Assembly (NCBI RefSeq): GCF_001194135.2
Contig: NC_068998.1
Span: 33,264,133 to 33,328,132 of the forward strand
Source of the DNA: Octopus bimaculoides
Taxonomy: Eukaryota
DNA: 64,000 nt
Reading direction: 5' to 3'
Positions 50,390 to 63,644 of this stretch are shown here, piece by piece. Each line of letters begins with the position of its first letter. Positions within the stretch are counted from its first letter, which is position 1. The notes under the pieces are model-generated. The model ran no database searches, was not told the origin of the DNA, and worked only from the letters and a program-made list of their open reading frames with translations. Made by a program: the position numbers and the translations under genes.

Positions 50390-53330
50390 CTCACGCAAAA
50401 CAAAATATGTGGTGATTTACATCTAATAAAGGGAGAGCAGGGCAAAAATATGCAGGATAGACATTTTTAAAACAAATAAAAATGAAAACTTGACTAATGC
50501 TAAAAATGTTCCCGAGTATTTTTGGCTCTAACCAAGCCATGTAGGCACCAAATTTTGTAAAGTAATCTCTCAGCTGGTGATACACACTCGATATGGTCTT
50601 TATTAACTATTCATCATTTACATGTTCCAAGTACTCATCCCTCATCTCTCCACAAACATCTCAGTTCTTAATTTATAATCTGCTACAGTTAACAATGAAG
50701 TATGCAGGTCAATGTTCTCTATTTAATACTCTGTAACTTTCAATTATTCTATGCAAATGAGCACCACTTTCTGAAAGGCTTCCATAATTTTGTTTATCTT
50801 TTGTTTGGGTTCATTCAGTCTTTTTTTGTGCCCCCTTCTTTTCTTGCCTTGTGGATTACCCCTCTCCTCCAATCTTCATTCCCCAGCACAATTGCCAAAT
50901 ACTAGATTAATACTACTGCTAGTAACCTTAGGCTAGTCCTGTGCTGGAGGAAGAGACCACTAGACTTCTCAGTTGCTGTTATCAACTTCTTGAGCTGGGG
51001 ATACTAAGGACAAGGGTGGTTTCACTTCTTTCCATACAAAACAATCCTACACTTCTCACCTTAATGGTTGCAGCTATGAAGATCACCATATGCAGGACCT
51101 GCTGCCAACTGCTGATCTCTCTTTTTTCCCCTTCTTTTTTCTTTTAATTTCTGAGCAGAAGTTTCTTCAGTAGTAACAGAGGCTTCTGTCAAGCACATCA
51201 GTTTGAATGACCCTCATTCTGCTCCCTCAATGGTCCCTCAATATAACTGGAACGTTTTCTAATGCATTTCTCTCTATTTCACTCTCAATCAGCCCTCTTC
51301 AAGGACATGCATCAATAAAGCAGGTTAGGTTTCTCTTTTTGGATAACTCTAAAATCGAGGTGTTTCTGAGTGTGTGCACATTTCAAAAGGAACTTTCAGA
51401 TTCTTGCATATTTTCTATCTTTATGTGTTTATTAGAATATTGTATGGTAACATCAGTCTGTAGACAGATTTGTGGTATAACCAAATCTATCAATGTCCTT
51501 CATTTGTCCTTGATATTAAAGGAATGACACATGCTTATACCCTGTTCAATACACTGTCTTCTACATACACAGTAATTTGGAGGTAGATAAAAACCCTAAT
51601 GTTTATCTGGAAAACAAAGGTATGCCACCTTTTCTGGATCAATTTCTGGTCAAGAAGGCATAGTTTTGTGACATAACCCACCTACATTTCCTTTTGTCTT
51701 GAGCTGGCTCAAATCATTTTGATCTTCTTTCTTTCACAATGTTGGAGAATGACTATGAAATGTTGCTGCTATTGTGATATTTTTATGCTTTTTACCCAAG
51801 TGTTTGATTTTATGCTTTTATGTGTGTTAAATTTTTCTGTTTGTTTGATTAATAGACTGAAAACACTTTTGCTTATGTTAGTTCTACATTTTGCATTTTC
51901 TTCTGCCCAATCTTAGGTGGTCCCTTTGAAACTCATAAATATTGTAGAAGTTAAAATTGTGACAGAGGTAAAAAAATGTGCAAAACGGATTTGTTTACAC
52001 CCAGCAATCCCTAAAAGGAAAAATGAATAAAAAAAGAAAAGTTATCTTCTAGAAGGAGATATGTGAAACATAACTGTCAACAGTGAACAACCACCATTAA
52101 TAACAATCTAGAGGTAACAATAATAATGATTTGATCAACTAACTCCTTCTTCCAAATTACCGGTTTCGTGTCCAAACTAGAGTTTTACTGAAGGTGTCAT
52201 GCAGTGGCACTGAACCTGGAACCATGTAGTTGGAAAACAAACTTCTTAGCACACAGCCATGCCTGCATAGTTAGTGAAGAAAGAATGAAAAACCAACTTA
52301 TTACATTTAAAGCAACATATATACATCTACTTACATATATGTGTATGGTGGGTAGGATATATAATATATAGGTTGTGTGAAACAAATGTAATACTGGATT
52401 ATCAATTTACCATTTCTCATAATGACAAATTTGATATCCAAAGCAAATACAAATAAGAGCCAGTCAGTGGTGAGAAACTGCCACTTAAGTTAGATCCAGG
52501 TACACTTTTACTGAGATGTCTGCTAAAAGCACAGGAATGTTCCAAATGATATCATAGCTTTAGTCACTATTAGGAAAAGAACTTGCAACATCTTTAAGTA
52601 ACTCCTGCAGTTCCTGCTTGGGATTAATCCTCTTTCAGCTATATTTCACACACCTTCTGTCCAGCTCACTTTCTACAGAGTCCTTTTAATTTGTCCCTGG
52701 ATATCTTCGAATTTTGGTGAATTAGAATTCTCACAGACTGCAGAGAGTAGTTTATTAGCTCTAATATGAACTCATAGTATTGTTTTTAATTCACCCTATC
52801 TTCTCAATCATCTAAGTACTTTTCTCCTCATTTTCCTTCAACTCTGGCAACTGCTGGAAGATTCTTACAAGTGATGTAACCAATAAGCTGATCAATCCTT
52901 CAGCTGTTTGAAAGAGCTTCATATATTAGTAATATTCAGGTACTGAATGGATAAGGACAGCATGGTTTTATCCCTTTCTATGCACCTCGGACAGGCTTGA
53001 CAAATGAAACTCCTTATGCTACTTATCTTATTCTCCACCATTACTATTCCACAGTAGCTCTGCCAGGCCAGTTGTCCTTAGTTCTAGAGCCAAAACTCCT
53101 CCAGAATAAACTACTTGGCTTCTATTTCAGGGACATCTAGGGTCTTCAAAAATACATCAGTGGCTTTACTCACTTCTGAGTTTCTACAGAATGCTAGAAT
53201 GGCCATTCAAGTAACTGCCTTCCTGCACTAGTAGTGAATTCTAAGTATCTGACAATATTTTAGTTTATTAATCTACCTGCCTGTATTTGTCCAAGAATTC
53301 AAATGATACCAACCTGCCTGAATCTGGCCT
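50390..53330 (-). mobile_element. Long, highly degraded RLE-type (R4/Dong-like) LINE
   Basis: Scattered motifs in the expected order on the minus strand: G.DQL.GY (APG.D..YW-like), KG.CRK, D..YDI (DY.KAYD-like), then C..C.ERSETT.VLS (knuckle-like). Many stops. Confidence 0.45.
52190..52270 (-). mobile_element. SINE head fragment
   Basis: GGTGTCATGCAGTGGCACTGAACCTGGAACCATGTAGTTGG...CACACAGCCATGCCTGCA, homologous to 4415-4488. Confidence 0.75.
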
Positions 53331-53753
53331 ATGCATATTTAAATGAGAATTTCAATGCAAATCTCATTAGTACATTTATGAAAACACCTGATTTCATTAT
53401 GTAAACAATTCAGCTACACTGTCTGACATTATTTTACATGCTATCTGAATGCTGGGAATTTTTGGAGATTTTTCCATTTTGTCACATTTTGGTTTTCTAA
53501 AATGTTTCACTATGGACAAAAACTGGATGCCAGTTTCATGTTGTCAAGCAGCAAATTTGAATTCAAAATATTTTCGAAAGAAGACAGAAAAATATATGGT
53601 AAACCTAAAAACCATGTGTTTGATGTTTTTTTTTTTAACTGGATGTGAATCAATTCTAACAGTTCAGATAGCATTGGTGGTGGGGAGGGTTAGATTTTTA
53701 CTTTAATATAGTAAGAATTTTAAAATTTAAAAATTTGATTCTTTTATCATTAT

Positions 53754-53973
53754 TAAGGCAGCAAACTGGCAGAACCGTTAGCGCACTGGGCAAAATACTT
53801 AGCAAAATTTCATTTGTCCTTACATTCTGAGTTCAAATTCCACCAAGTTCGTCTTTGCCTTTCATCCTTTCGAAGTCGATAAAATAAGTTCCAGTTGAGT
53901 ACTGGTACTGATGTAATCAATTTTCCCCCTCCTACAAATTTCAGGCTTTGTGCCTATAATAGAAAAGATTATT
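53754..53973 (+). mobile_element. SINE, second family, near full length
   Basis: TAAGGCAGCAAACTGGCAGAACCGTTAGC...GAGTTCAAATTCC (B-box)...TTTGCCTTTCATCCTTTCGAAGTCGATAAAATAAGTTCCAGTTGAG...TTTGTGCCTATAATAGAAAAGATTATT. Confidence 0.85.
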
Positions 53974-54935
53974 ATTCCTCTGCCTTAGCACAGCTATTGT
54001 TTTCAGTTGTGTTTGTTTGTTTGTTTGCTTGTTTGTTTGTGGTCAAGATATTTCAAAAACCGCTAGATGGATTTAGATGAAACTTTTAGGGATGTTTGGC
54101 CTCATGACTGGCACAAACTGACTGGATTTTGGGATCAATCCAGTCCCAGACAAGGATTCTGGATGATTTGTTATATTTACTTTACTTTATATAAAGTGTT
54201 ATAATCACACGTTGACTTTCAAGTCTTTCTCTGATTATCTCCCTTATATTATATATTATACATACATATTAACAATTAAACCTTGGGAGAGGCATTATGC
54301 CGGTAATAAACACACACACTGGTTCAGTCCTTTATTAATTTATATAGTTTTTTGTTAAATTATTTCATTGCACTCTTGCAATCTCTTCAGTAACTTGTCT
54401 CTCCACTTCCATTTATTTTGAATGTATGATCTGGCATTGTTTTGGCGTTGTTTTGAAACTGTTCGGTATGAGCATGTGAGTGTGTGCAAGCTCGTATGTG
54501 TGCACACTTATATGTGTGCATGCACTTATGTGTTCATGCTTATATGTAAGTATGTGCATCCATATGTGTGTTTGTAACAATTTCGTTTATATCAGATCAG
54601 ATAGAGACTTTTGAAATAATTTAACAAAAAACTATATAAATTAATAAAGGACTGAACCAGTGTGTGTGTTTATTACCCGCATAATGCCTCTCCCAAGGTT
54701 TAATTGTATTTCTTTCAACACACGTATCCACATCAAGAATCTTGCACACGAAATACATATTAACACTTTACAGTATACTTACATATATACATAATTCTAT
54801 ACATCGATCTATATTCTCATTTGTGAGAGCAGTCAAGTTTATTTCAGATATTCCCATTTTAAAAATCATCTCTGGCTAATCGATGAGAGGACGTTGGTGT
54901 TGCCTTGGCTGAGGTTTGATCTCTCATTGCTTATT
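53971..54935 (+). mobile_element. Helentron-associated non-autonomous element (HINE/DINE-1-like)
   Basis: Degenerate subterminal inverted repeats CCTCTGCCTTAG / CCTTGGCTGAGG, (GTTT)n near the left end, and the core GATGGATTTAGATGAAACTTTT.GGGATG. Confidence 0.5.
54272..54707. mobile_element. MITE with 96-bp TIRs nested in the Helentron-like element
   Basis: 54272-54367 and 54612-54707 are reverse complements with one mismatch. 244-bp spacer. The right end reads AATTG|TA, compatible with a TA TSD (Tc1/mariner type); the left flank is imperfect. Confidence 0.88.
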
Positions 54936-55140
54936 ATTGTTATTATAATGTAGAAACTATCAATAAATTCTAAATATCAATGGGTTGCAATGCTACTTAG
55001 GGACATTTCTGAAGGCTTCTTGAAGCATGATCAGTAAACACGTATTACCTTAGTCTGCTGGCTGTGGACAGCTGACACTTTTCCATCATACCCAGCAAAA
55101 TAAAGCTGAGATTTTTCATGATAAATAATAATAATAATAA

Positions 55141-55325
55141 TCCTTTCTACTAAAGCACAAGGCCTAAAATTTGTGGGGAGGGGACTAGTCAATTAGATCA
55201 ACCCTAATGTTTCACTGGTATTTAATTTATAGACCCGAAAAGTTGAAAGGTAAAGTCGACCTTGGCAGAATTTGAACTCAGAACATAGTGACAGGCAAAA
55301 TACCACTAAGCATATACCAGCTAAC
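55141..55325 (-). mobile_element. SINE, second family, flanked by (AAT)n
   Basis: TCCTTTCTACTAAAGCACAAGGCC...GAAAGGTAAAGTCGACCTTGGCAGAATTTGAACTCAGAA. (AAT)n at 55122-55140 and 55331-55416. Confidence 0.85.
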
Positions 55326-55416
<91 letters not shown>

Positions 55417-55649
55417 TTTTTGCTAATTTAGGAACAAGGCAAGCAAATTTAGAGGGAGAAGGTTAGTTGATTAAATTAATCTTAGTACTTGACTGGTATT
55501 TTATCAACTCTGAAATAATATATATTATTTGTACTGGTGGCAGTTGCAGCAGGTTCCTGCTGAATAAATAGATTCCACTATTGTTACTTCACAGCACTGA
55601 AAAGAATCTGTCATCAACAAAACAATGAAGGTAATCGCAAACAAAAGAC

Positions 55650-57720
55650 AAAAGTTTAGGAGGAGACCAAGATATTATATTAACTTATTTAATGTGCAGT
55701 ATTCGTAAGTCATGTACTGGTAATATTCACTTAAATTTCAAACTGGTCTCTACATATAAACAAACTGTTTGAGCATGTTGTATCAAATACTCCTAAATGC
55801 AGTTTATAGCTAATATTATTAACAATATGAACAAAAAACTGCATTGCTGGATTTTTTATGTGATGCATAAAAAATATGTAAAATAGATCATATGTAAATG
55901 ACCATCGGCCAAAACAAATCTTCTAGTGGTTGGCCAAAATGGTAGCAACCTAAACAAAGGGAAAACAGTTATTCTTCATGTTCTGCAAATAAAATAAGAA
56001 AGCATCAATATACAAGAAGAATATTTGAGAACCTTTTCATATCACATAAATATCTTACAATTACACTTCAACATTAAAATGAGACTCCTACAGCATATAT
56101 CTAAAGAGAAGCAGAAAATGACCTTTCTGTAAAATAACTTTAATCTCCCCAGACCAACCAATTTTAGAAGATACATACTGAAAATAGAAAAGATATGGAA
56201 CACACAAATTAAGCACTTAGAATATATGATGCATAATAATAACACAAACAACTTACAAAAATAAATTTTGAAACTATTGACACTGAGATCATAAATCAAG
56301 CAAAATTAAAATAGAAACGAAACAAGAGATAACAGAATTAAAAAACAGCATACTTGGACCAAAATTGCATAAAAATGTAAATACAAGTGGATATGAGAAA
56401 GATCTAAGAATAAATAATTCTAAAGCTAGAAATTTTGGATAGAGAAATAATCGAAAATGGAAATGGTTTAAGAATTAAAATTGATACAAGAACTTCCTAT
56501 GAATTAATGAAAAACCCCTCCAATGATTAAAATGGTCAATAAAATAGCAAAAGTAATAAAAGACATAAACTGTGACCTGGCCCATCTTAAACTCAATGAT
56601 GATAAATGGGAGCAGTAATATCCTTTCTACTATAGGCACTAGGCCTGAAATTTTGGGGGAGGGAACTAGTTGATTGCATCAACCCCAGTGTTTCACTGGT
56701 ACTTAATCTATCGACCCCAAAAGGATGAAAGACAAAGTTGACCTCAGCAGAATTTCAACTCAGAAGGTGCAGACAGATGAAATGCCACTAAGCATGTTGC
56801 CTGGCATGTTAATAATTCTGCTATCATCAGAAGACATCAATTAGTTTATGCAGAAACTAAAATAATCATGAGGAAGAGTACTTTACCAAAACTTTTGTGT
56901 ATGAGAATACCTAAACATTTGCAAATGTGCAAGACAAATATATAGACTTAATGAGAGAATAAAAGAAATGCAGCATTTCTCCTTCATGACGCCATCATTT
57001 AAAATACATGTGTGAAACAAAAGAGAAATGAATATGCCAGAAATGTTACATAACAAAGGACTTATACAAAATCAAAATGTGTTGAAGACATCATAGCTAA
57101 TCTATAAAGAATATTCTTTATAAATGGTAACAACGCTTCTGTGATTATAATAAGTTTATCTCCATCTCAAAATGATTTTAAAAAGAACTAGGTAAAATCT
57201 AAACAATGCCAATGGAAAGAGAAAAAGCAAGATTTGGGATTTGCAAGAATGTAAGTTGAAGTGCCACAAGCAAGAATGATAAAATCAATAAGCACAATAA
57301 CAGAACAATCTTGGCAAGAAAGAACAATAAAAGAATTTTCTCTTATACAATAACCCTTTAAGAAATGAAGAAATTCCTAACTTTTCGGTAAAACACCTAA
57401 TAAGTGCTTACAAATTATTTTCAAAAACATCCAACATTTTACTGAAACTCTTGGAATTCAATCAATGAACAGTGGAGGAAATATTGTCTTAATCCCTAAG
57501 ACAAAGTTACACACCCACAAACTGACTCACAAAAGATAAATAAAACAAAACAACATACTTCAAAAGAACAGGTGTGATCTTGAAAATGTTCAGGTATTAA
57601 TCAAACTACAAATGGAAGCTTTAGAAAGAAATGGAAGTTTGAATATGTCATGTATTCATTGCGAATTCATTGTAAGAAAATAGCACTGAAAGATGCATTA
57701 TATATATCTACATCAAATAT
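55650..57720 (+). mobile_element. Highly degraded R4/Dong-like LINE, interrupted by a SINE
   Basis: Weak ordered motifs: RP..(TCL)-like, QKNCIAG, YKK.F..(SH)-like, and a late KE.WK-like segment. Many stops. Confidence 0.4.
56618..56823 (-). mobile_element. SINE, second family
   Basis: TCCTTTCTACTATAGGCACTAGGCCTGAAATTTTGGGGGA...CGACCCCAAAAGGATGAAAGACAAAGTTGACCTCAGCAGAATTTCAACTCAGAA. Confidence 0.85.
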
Positions 57721-58199
57721 TTTGTTTTACAGTGTAGTAAAAAATAGAACACTAAAAACTAAAAAGAATAAAAAAGGAAAAAAAAAGCACAAAGAGATAT
57801 GCTCCAGTGGGAAGAGAGAACAATCACAACAAGAAGAGCAAATAATTAATAATAATTCTTTATAATTTCCACACAAGGCCAGCAATTTTGGATGCATCAT
57901 TTTCATCAATCCAAATGTTCAAACTGGCACTTATTTCAACAATTTTGAAAGGTTGAGAGGCAACGTTGACATTGATGGAATTTGAACTCAAAATGTTTTT
58001 TTTATTAGTGGTGATGGTGATGTTGGAGTCACTATGGATGTTGTTGTCTCAGCTGCTTTTGTTGTCTTGTTTCACAATTGCTGACGTAATTGCTGTTTTG
58101 ATTCTAATTTTGGTGTTTCTGCTGTCTCTTTTGATGATGATGATGATGCCAGTATGTTGCTGCTGTTGAGGGTGTGTTGTTAGTAGTGGAAGTGGCCAT

Positions 58200-58730
58200 T
58201 GCTATTTGGAAGTAGTGGGGAGAAGTCTCTAAGGTGCCTTGTAGCTCCACATAGGTTGCATTCTAGCTTTCTTCTTTCTACAACAACTCATTGTTCGACT
58301 CCGTTGGGCAGCTCTATAAGGTCTGAGATGTTTTCTATGTTCTTGGGCTTCACATAGAGCAGAATTTCTAGGTTTATCTCTGCTGCTTTGTTTGACTTCT
58401 AGGTGTTTGCTGTTTTCACTACCCCTGTTGACCCTCAGCATGCTTCATGTCATGCTACTACTGGTGATAGTGGTGGGGATGGAGGGATAGTGCCACTTTT
58501 GATTTTTTTTTTGTCATACTACCTGCTTCTAGTAGTCCTATGTTATTCAGGTTGTTGCTGTTATTATTGCCATTGTTGCTTCCACTGCTAGCACCCTGTT
58601 CCTTCAGCTCATAATCATTTAGTGGAGTGAGTGATGGAAGAGGAGGGAAGCCTTCAGCTGTTGTAGGGCTGGTGGGAAGAACATTTCTCCCCCTCGATGC
58701 TCCCACAATGGGAATTATTGACACCATTTT
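58200..58730 (-). mobile_element. L1/Tx1-like ORF1 remnant with a degenerate CCHC knuckle
   Basis: IENISDLIELPNGVEQ*VVVERRKLECNLCGATRHLRDFSP fits C-x2-C-x4-H-x4-C with the last Cys mutated (TCC). Confidence 0.55.
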
Positions 58731-59134
58731 TTAAAAAGGCTAATTGAGCATTTTTTGAAAGGCAAAATATTGCTCCTTACAGAACAAAAGAACCACAGAC
58801 CACCAGTCAAAAGATTCCTGGAGTTTTTAATAACAAAATATAATAAAAATCAAAGGTACTAACTTGTAAAATGTAAAAATGTGGGCAAATCATGAAACTA
58901 AGAATAGAACAGAAAGAGGATGGATTATAATTTACAGTTGTAGATCTTAAGAAAAAGAATGTCATAGAGATTCATTTACATTCAATAAAGTAGACAATTG
59001 GCTCTGAGAATCACATTAACACTTTTAGACATTTTTGGAGCAGATGCTTATAATGGCTCTTAAAATACATCTTATTCTCTTTTCTATTTATCTACACACA
59101 TATATATCATGTGTGTGTGTATGTAGATATATAT

Positions 59135-59135
59135 G

Positions 59136-59190
<55 letters not shown>
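59135..59190. repeat. (TA)n microsatellite
   Basis: Direct reading. Confidence 0.95.
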
Positions 59191-59196
<6 letters not shown>

Positions 59197-59939
59197 CACA
59201 CATACTTATATACACATATACATGTATGTGTATACACATGTATACTTGGAATTGTAAATTTCACACTAGTAATTTAAGATTAAAAAAAAGGAGGGAAAGG
59301 ATAGAAAAAACATACAAATGAAACAGACAAGAATGAAATATATATGAAGACATATTAAAAAAAGAGTAAATACATTATAAAGAGAGGAGAGGGGCGGAGA
59401 TTGAAAGAGAGTAGAAGAGGTTTATAGAAAGGATAGATAGAGAGAATGACAGAAGAATATTACACACTGGTCATCCTAAATTAATAATGAAAGTAAGTAA
59501 AAGAGAAAGATAAGTGACTAGCAAAATATGAACAATCCAAATACGAAAATTGATATATTTAATATCTGAGTGATTTAATAGAATAAATTACGACACAGAG
59601 GTGTATATACAGTGATTAGATGTGGTTGATGTAATTATTACGAAGATATTCCACTACTTGAATCAAAGTCAAAATTATACAACTAAACTATAGCATCTGT
59701 TATTATATGTGAACTATGGTTGGCTAGAGCTCTTAGATTATTCACTGTTACAACAATAGTAATATTGGGTCACATTAAACTACAAGAAATCTACTATTAA
59801 CGATAAACATTTATGGCATATGGTTTTAGATATGAGTACAATAATCAGAAATAATAGAGAGAACAGGGTAAAAAACACCAAAAGGTGTTCTGTATGGAAT
59901 GCAAGCATTTTAAGCCAAACATTACCTTATAATTTCAAA

Positions 59940-60200
59940 TAATTTCAAACATTGAAATAGTCACCTTGCACAGGAAATACATTAGTTCCAGCATTCCTAC
60001 CACTTCTGGAGTTTGGCCTGGAAGTTATTTTCCATAATCGAGTCAAAGACCTTCCGCAATTTGCTCTTGATCTTGCAGATGGTGTTAAAATGACAATTTT
60101 TGTGAGATATTTCGTGTCCAAAATGGAGATGAACACCATCCTTCCATGTGATCGGCTTGAAAAATTGTTGAGATAGTAAGATATGTTTCGTAACATGAAA
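59940..60200 (-). mobile_element. Mariner transposase C-terminal remnant
   Basis: FNTICKIKSKLRKVFDSIMENNFQAKLQKW*ECWN*CI + VQGDYFNV* matches the mariner end FQ..FQKW.ERW..CI...GDYFE. Confidence 0.7.
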
Positions 60201-60289
60201 CCAATGGTAGCCTTAAAACACAAATAAAGAAATTTTATCCACCAATGTGGTGTTGAGTACTCACTCTCATTGTTCGACATTTACATACA

Positions 60290-60510
60290 TATGTGTGTGT
60301 GTGTGTGTCTTCACTACTGCTTGATGACCAGTGCTGGTTTGTTTATGTCCTTGTGACTTAGCAATTTGGCATAAGAAACCAACAGTATAAGTACTAGGCT
60401 TAAGAAAAAAGAAGTCAGGTCCATTTGTTGGACTAAAGCTTTTCAATGCAGTGGCTCAGTGTGGCTGCAATCCAAAAACTGGAACAAATAAAGACAAGAG
60501 AAAGATATAG
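60290..60510 (+). mobile_element. Tail half of a composite SINE
   Basis: (GT)n then CTGCTTGATGACCAGTGCTGGTTTGTTTATGTCC..TGACTTAGC...ATAAGTACTAGGCTT...GACTAAAG...GTGTGGCTGCA. Confidence 0.75.
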
Positions 60511-60554
60511 TAAGTGGACAATAACATTTTCAAAAAGTAAAAATACATGTAATT

Positions 60555-61960
60555 TCAACTCTCCAACCTCTGCAGCAATGGCTCAAGAGCCAGTACATAC
60601 AGAATCAGAGACAGGGGGCAACCTTTGACAAACCAAGCACTCAATTCTAAATGACACTGACAGGAAACTGTTTATCTGGACTGTAGATTTGAAGCCGCCA
60701 TAAATGGCAGTGATCCAACTGTGGAAGTCTGGGCCTAGCCCAGCTGCCTCGAAGACTTCCACCACATACTGGTGGTCTACCCTATCAAAAGCTTTACTCT
60801 GGTCTAAATGGACCAGTGCCCCATTTTACCGGATAGCTTACCCACCCTCTCTAAGGTGTAGCACAGGAGATGGAGATTTCCTGGATTGATCTGCCTAGGA
60901 TGGCACATGTCTGCACCTTCCCAACAAGTTTCTCCATGACACATGCCAACCTCTTAGCTAGCACATTGGCTAAAATTACTAATATGATCTGCCTTGCTCA
61001 GGTCTTTTCTGATCAGTGTCACCACTCCCCGGCTCACACATCTGGGAATCCTCCCATTCTGTTGCCAGTTTGTGTAGACATAGGCCAGCAAATGCCCAAA
61101 CAAGTCTGGCATGCTACAATAAAATTCATAGGGCAGACCATCCAGCACCAGTGATTTGTCCCCGGCGCATTCAGCTAATACCTCCTCGACCTCCACAGCT
61201 ATAATCGGCCCCTCACAGCATTCCACCTCCCATGCCGAGAGTTGCGACCCATTGGTGAGGAAGTCCCTTAGGGGCTCCCCATGGTCCAGCCTACTGTGCT
61301 CGCCGAGCAACCAGGCAAAATGTTAGTGAAAAGCCTTTTGCATCTTCCCCTGTCTTTCCAATGAATGCCCATGATTGTCCATTAAAGACTTGATAGAGGC
61401 TTCTCTGTCTCTTTGACTCTCAACATGACATGCCCATTCGGCAACGTTAATACCCTCTCTCCCCACTGCATGAAGTTTAGCTCTGACTTTACACCCTTCA
61501 TGTTTGGCTTTCAGATGATGGTAAAAACACCGCTTTTGCCACCACCACTCTGGATGCAGAGCCAGATTCCATGGCCTCATCTAATTCCTTAATTAAAGTC
61601 CCTTCTATTCTAGTCTTATCTAGACTTAACTGTTTGCTAAATCTAATAGACTCAGAACGAATGGCTCATTTGAGAGAACACTACCACCTATTATTGATAA
61701 TAGTGCTAGTTAATGCCTCCTGCACTAACTCCTTAACCCAGGCATGGAAGGTTTTACAAGCCAAAATAGACTTATTCATCTTCCAGTACCCTGGTCCCTG
61801 CCTATGACACTTTACTAGGTACACCCTACACATCACAAACTTGTGATCCATGTAGGAGACACAACAAAACCGTGGACAACTAAACGTATTCCTATCTCTA
61901 TCCCTAATGAATATCCCATCTATATAAGATCTGAAAACTATATAAAATCTGAAGACCAAA
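60555..61960 (-). mobile_element. L1/Tx1-like ORF2 fragment (end of APE through RT domain 4)
   Basis: SYIDGIFIR...SYMDHKFV...GPGYWKMNKSIL; KSLVLDGLPYEFY...GVVTLIRK; QTCAI.GRSI; LDQSKAFDRVDHQY; GC.LS.ILYVLALEPLL. Confidence 0.92.
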
Positions 61961-63590
61961 GAAAATCACATTCAATTTGGATGAGAACTGAATTAGTAAT
62001 AAAGACTGTGGGTGACTAAAATTTAACCTTAAGAATAGCTTTGAAGGGCAGAGTTAGTTGGTATTTTACAAAAAATAAAGAAAGCCTCAAACATAGAATA
62101 ACAGTGAATACCCTTAGAAAACAGGGGAAAAGTGGCTAGCAAGCTACCACAGAGAATCGTATCCCTCTACTCTCAGTTAAATGCTCTGTACTGTTAAGCT
62201 TATGGACCCATGACATCAAATCTTGTCTTTTATAATGTTAAATATCTCAAAATGACTAAAATTATTAGAATTTCTTAAAATGAGTATATTATTCTTTGTT
62301 ACTTAAAGCCACACCAGGTTTTGTATAGCTAATATTTTTGACAAGGTTTTAACCATAATATTCACCTCATAGAGCTCTTTCATTTGAATACAGCTATTGT
62401 ATAGTTTTCTTTTACAATAGCTGAAATATTTTGATTCAAAGCCAATCTTTGGGCTTGCTTGCCATTTCTTTCATTACTTAAAATCCCATAACCTTTCTAG
62501 AAGCTAGTACTTTTAAACGATGTATTACCCAAAAGATTCTTCTCAATGAGCATATTTAATCAATACTTTTCTTTTTAAAAAATAACTGAGATGTTTTGAT
62601 TTAAAGTCAATTTTTCATGTTACTTTCACATTTTTGACAACACATATTTTCATGTAATTTTTGTAATGAACCACATTTCAATTATTTTTATCTCAAAATG
62701 TAGCTTAAGACAGAACCATCATTGCTAAAACAACTACGTTCACTTTGGTTGAGAACTGAATTAGGGATGGAAACTGTAAGAGCTTGTGAGTTACTAATGT
62801 TTGACCTTAAGGATAACTTTGAGAAGCAGAGTTAGTTGGTATTTCACAAAAAATAAAGAAAACCTCAAACACAGAATAGCAGTGAAAACAACTTAGAGGG
62901 TTGGTCAAATACCCTTAGATAATGGAGAAAAAAAATTAAGCTAGTAAACCACTACAAAGAATCGAATCTTCCACCTCTCAAACCTCAGTTAAGCACACTG
63001 TACTATTAAGCTAAGCATCCTATGACATCAGGCCCTCTCTTTTATGACACTAAATATCTGCAAATGACAAAATATTTTTTAGTTTCTTAAAATGATCTCA
63101 TTTTTCTTCGTCACTAAGGGCCACACTAATTTTTTTGAGTTAATATTTTTGATGAGATTTTCACCATGAGAGTTCTTTCAATTTAATAAAACTGTTGTAT
63201 AGTTTTCTTTTAAAATTGCTGAGACATTTTGATTCAAAGTCAATTTTAGGGCCTGCTTACCATTTCTTTCATCACTTAAAGCCACATAACCTATCTTGAA
63301 GTTAATGAGGTATTCCTCAAAAGATTTTTTGCAATGAGTATATTCTTTCAAACACATTTCGCCTATACTTTTCTTTTAAAATAACTGAGATATTTTGATT
63401 TAAAGTTAATTTTTCACTTTAGCCTCCCATTTTTATCTTATATTTTCACCTAACTTTTCTTTTAATAAACCAAATATCAATAATTTTATCTCAAAATGTA
63501 GCTTAGAACTGTAAAAATCTATGTCCGGTTTGATTGAGAACTGAAGTCTAGAAATGTTCATGAGTAACTAAAGTTGACCCTAAAAATTCA
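61960..63590 (+). repeat. Diverged tandem array, ~770-800-bp unit, about 2.1 copies
   Basis: GAGAACTGAA anchors at 61983, 62751 and 63536. GCAGAGTTAGTTGGTATTT.ACAAAAAATAAAGAAA and TATCTCAAAATGTAGCTTA occur in both full units. Confidence 0.88.
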
Positions 63591-63644
63591 CCCACAGCAG
63601 TGGGTTTGTATATATATTTATATATATATATATATATATATTTA

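Noticed and set aside
58458-58727. Asn/Ser-rich ORF resembling a host transcription-factor exon
   Set aside because: It has no splice signals and lies next to a degenerate LINE ORF1 knuckle on the same strand; the low complexity comes from trinucleotide repeats.
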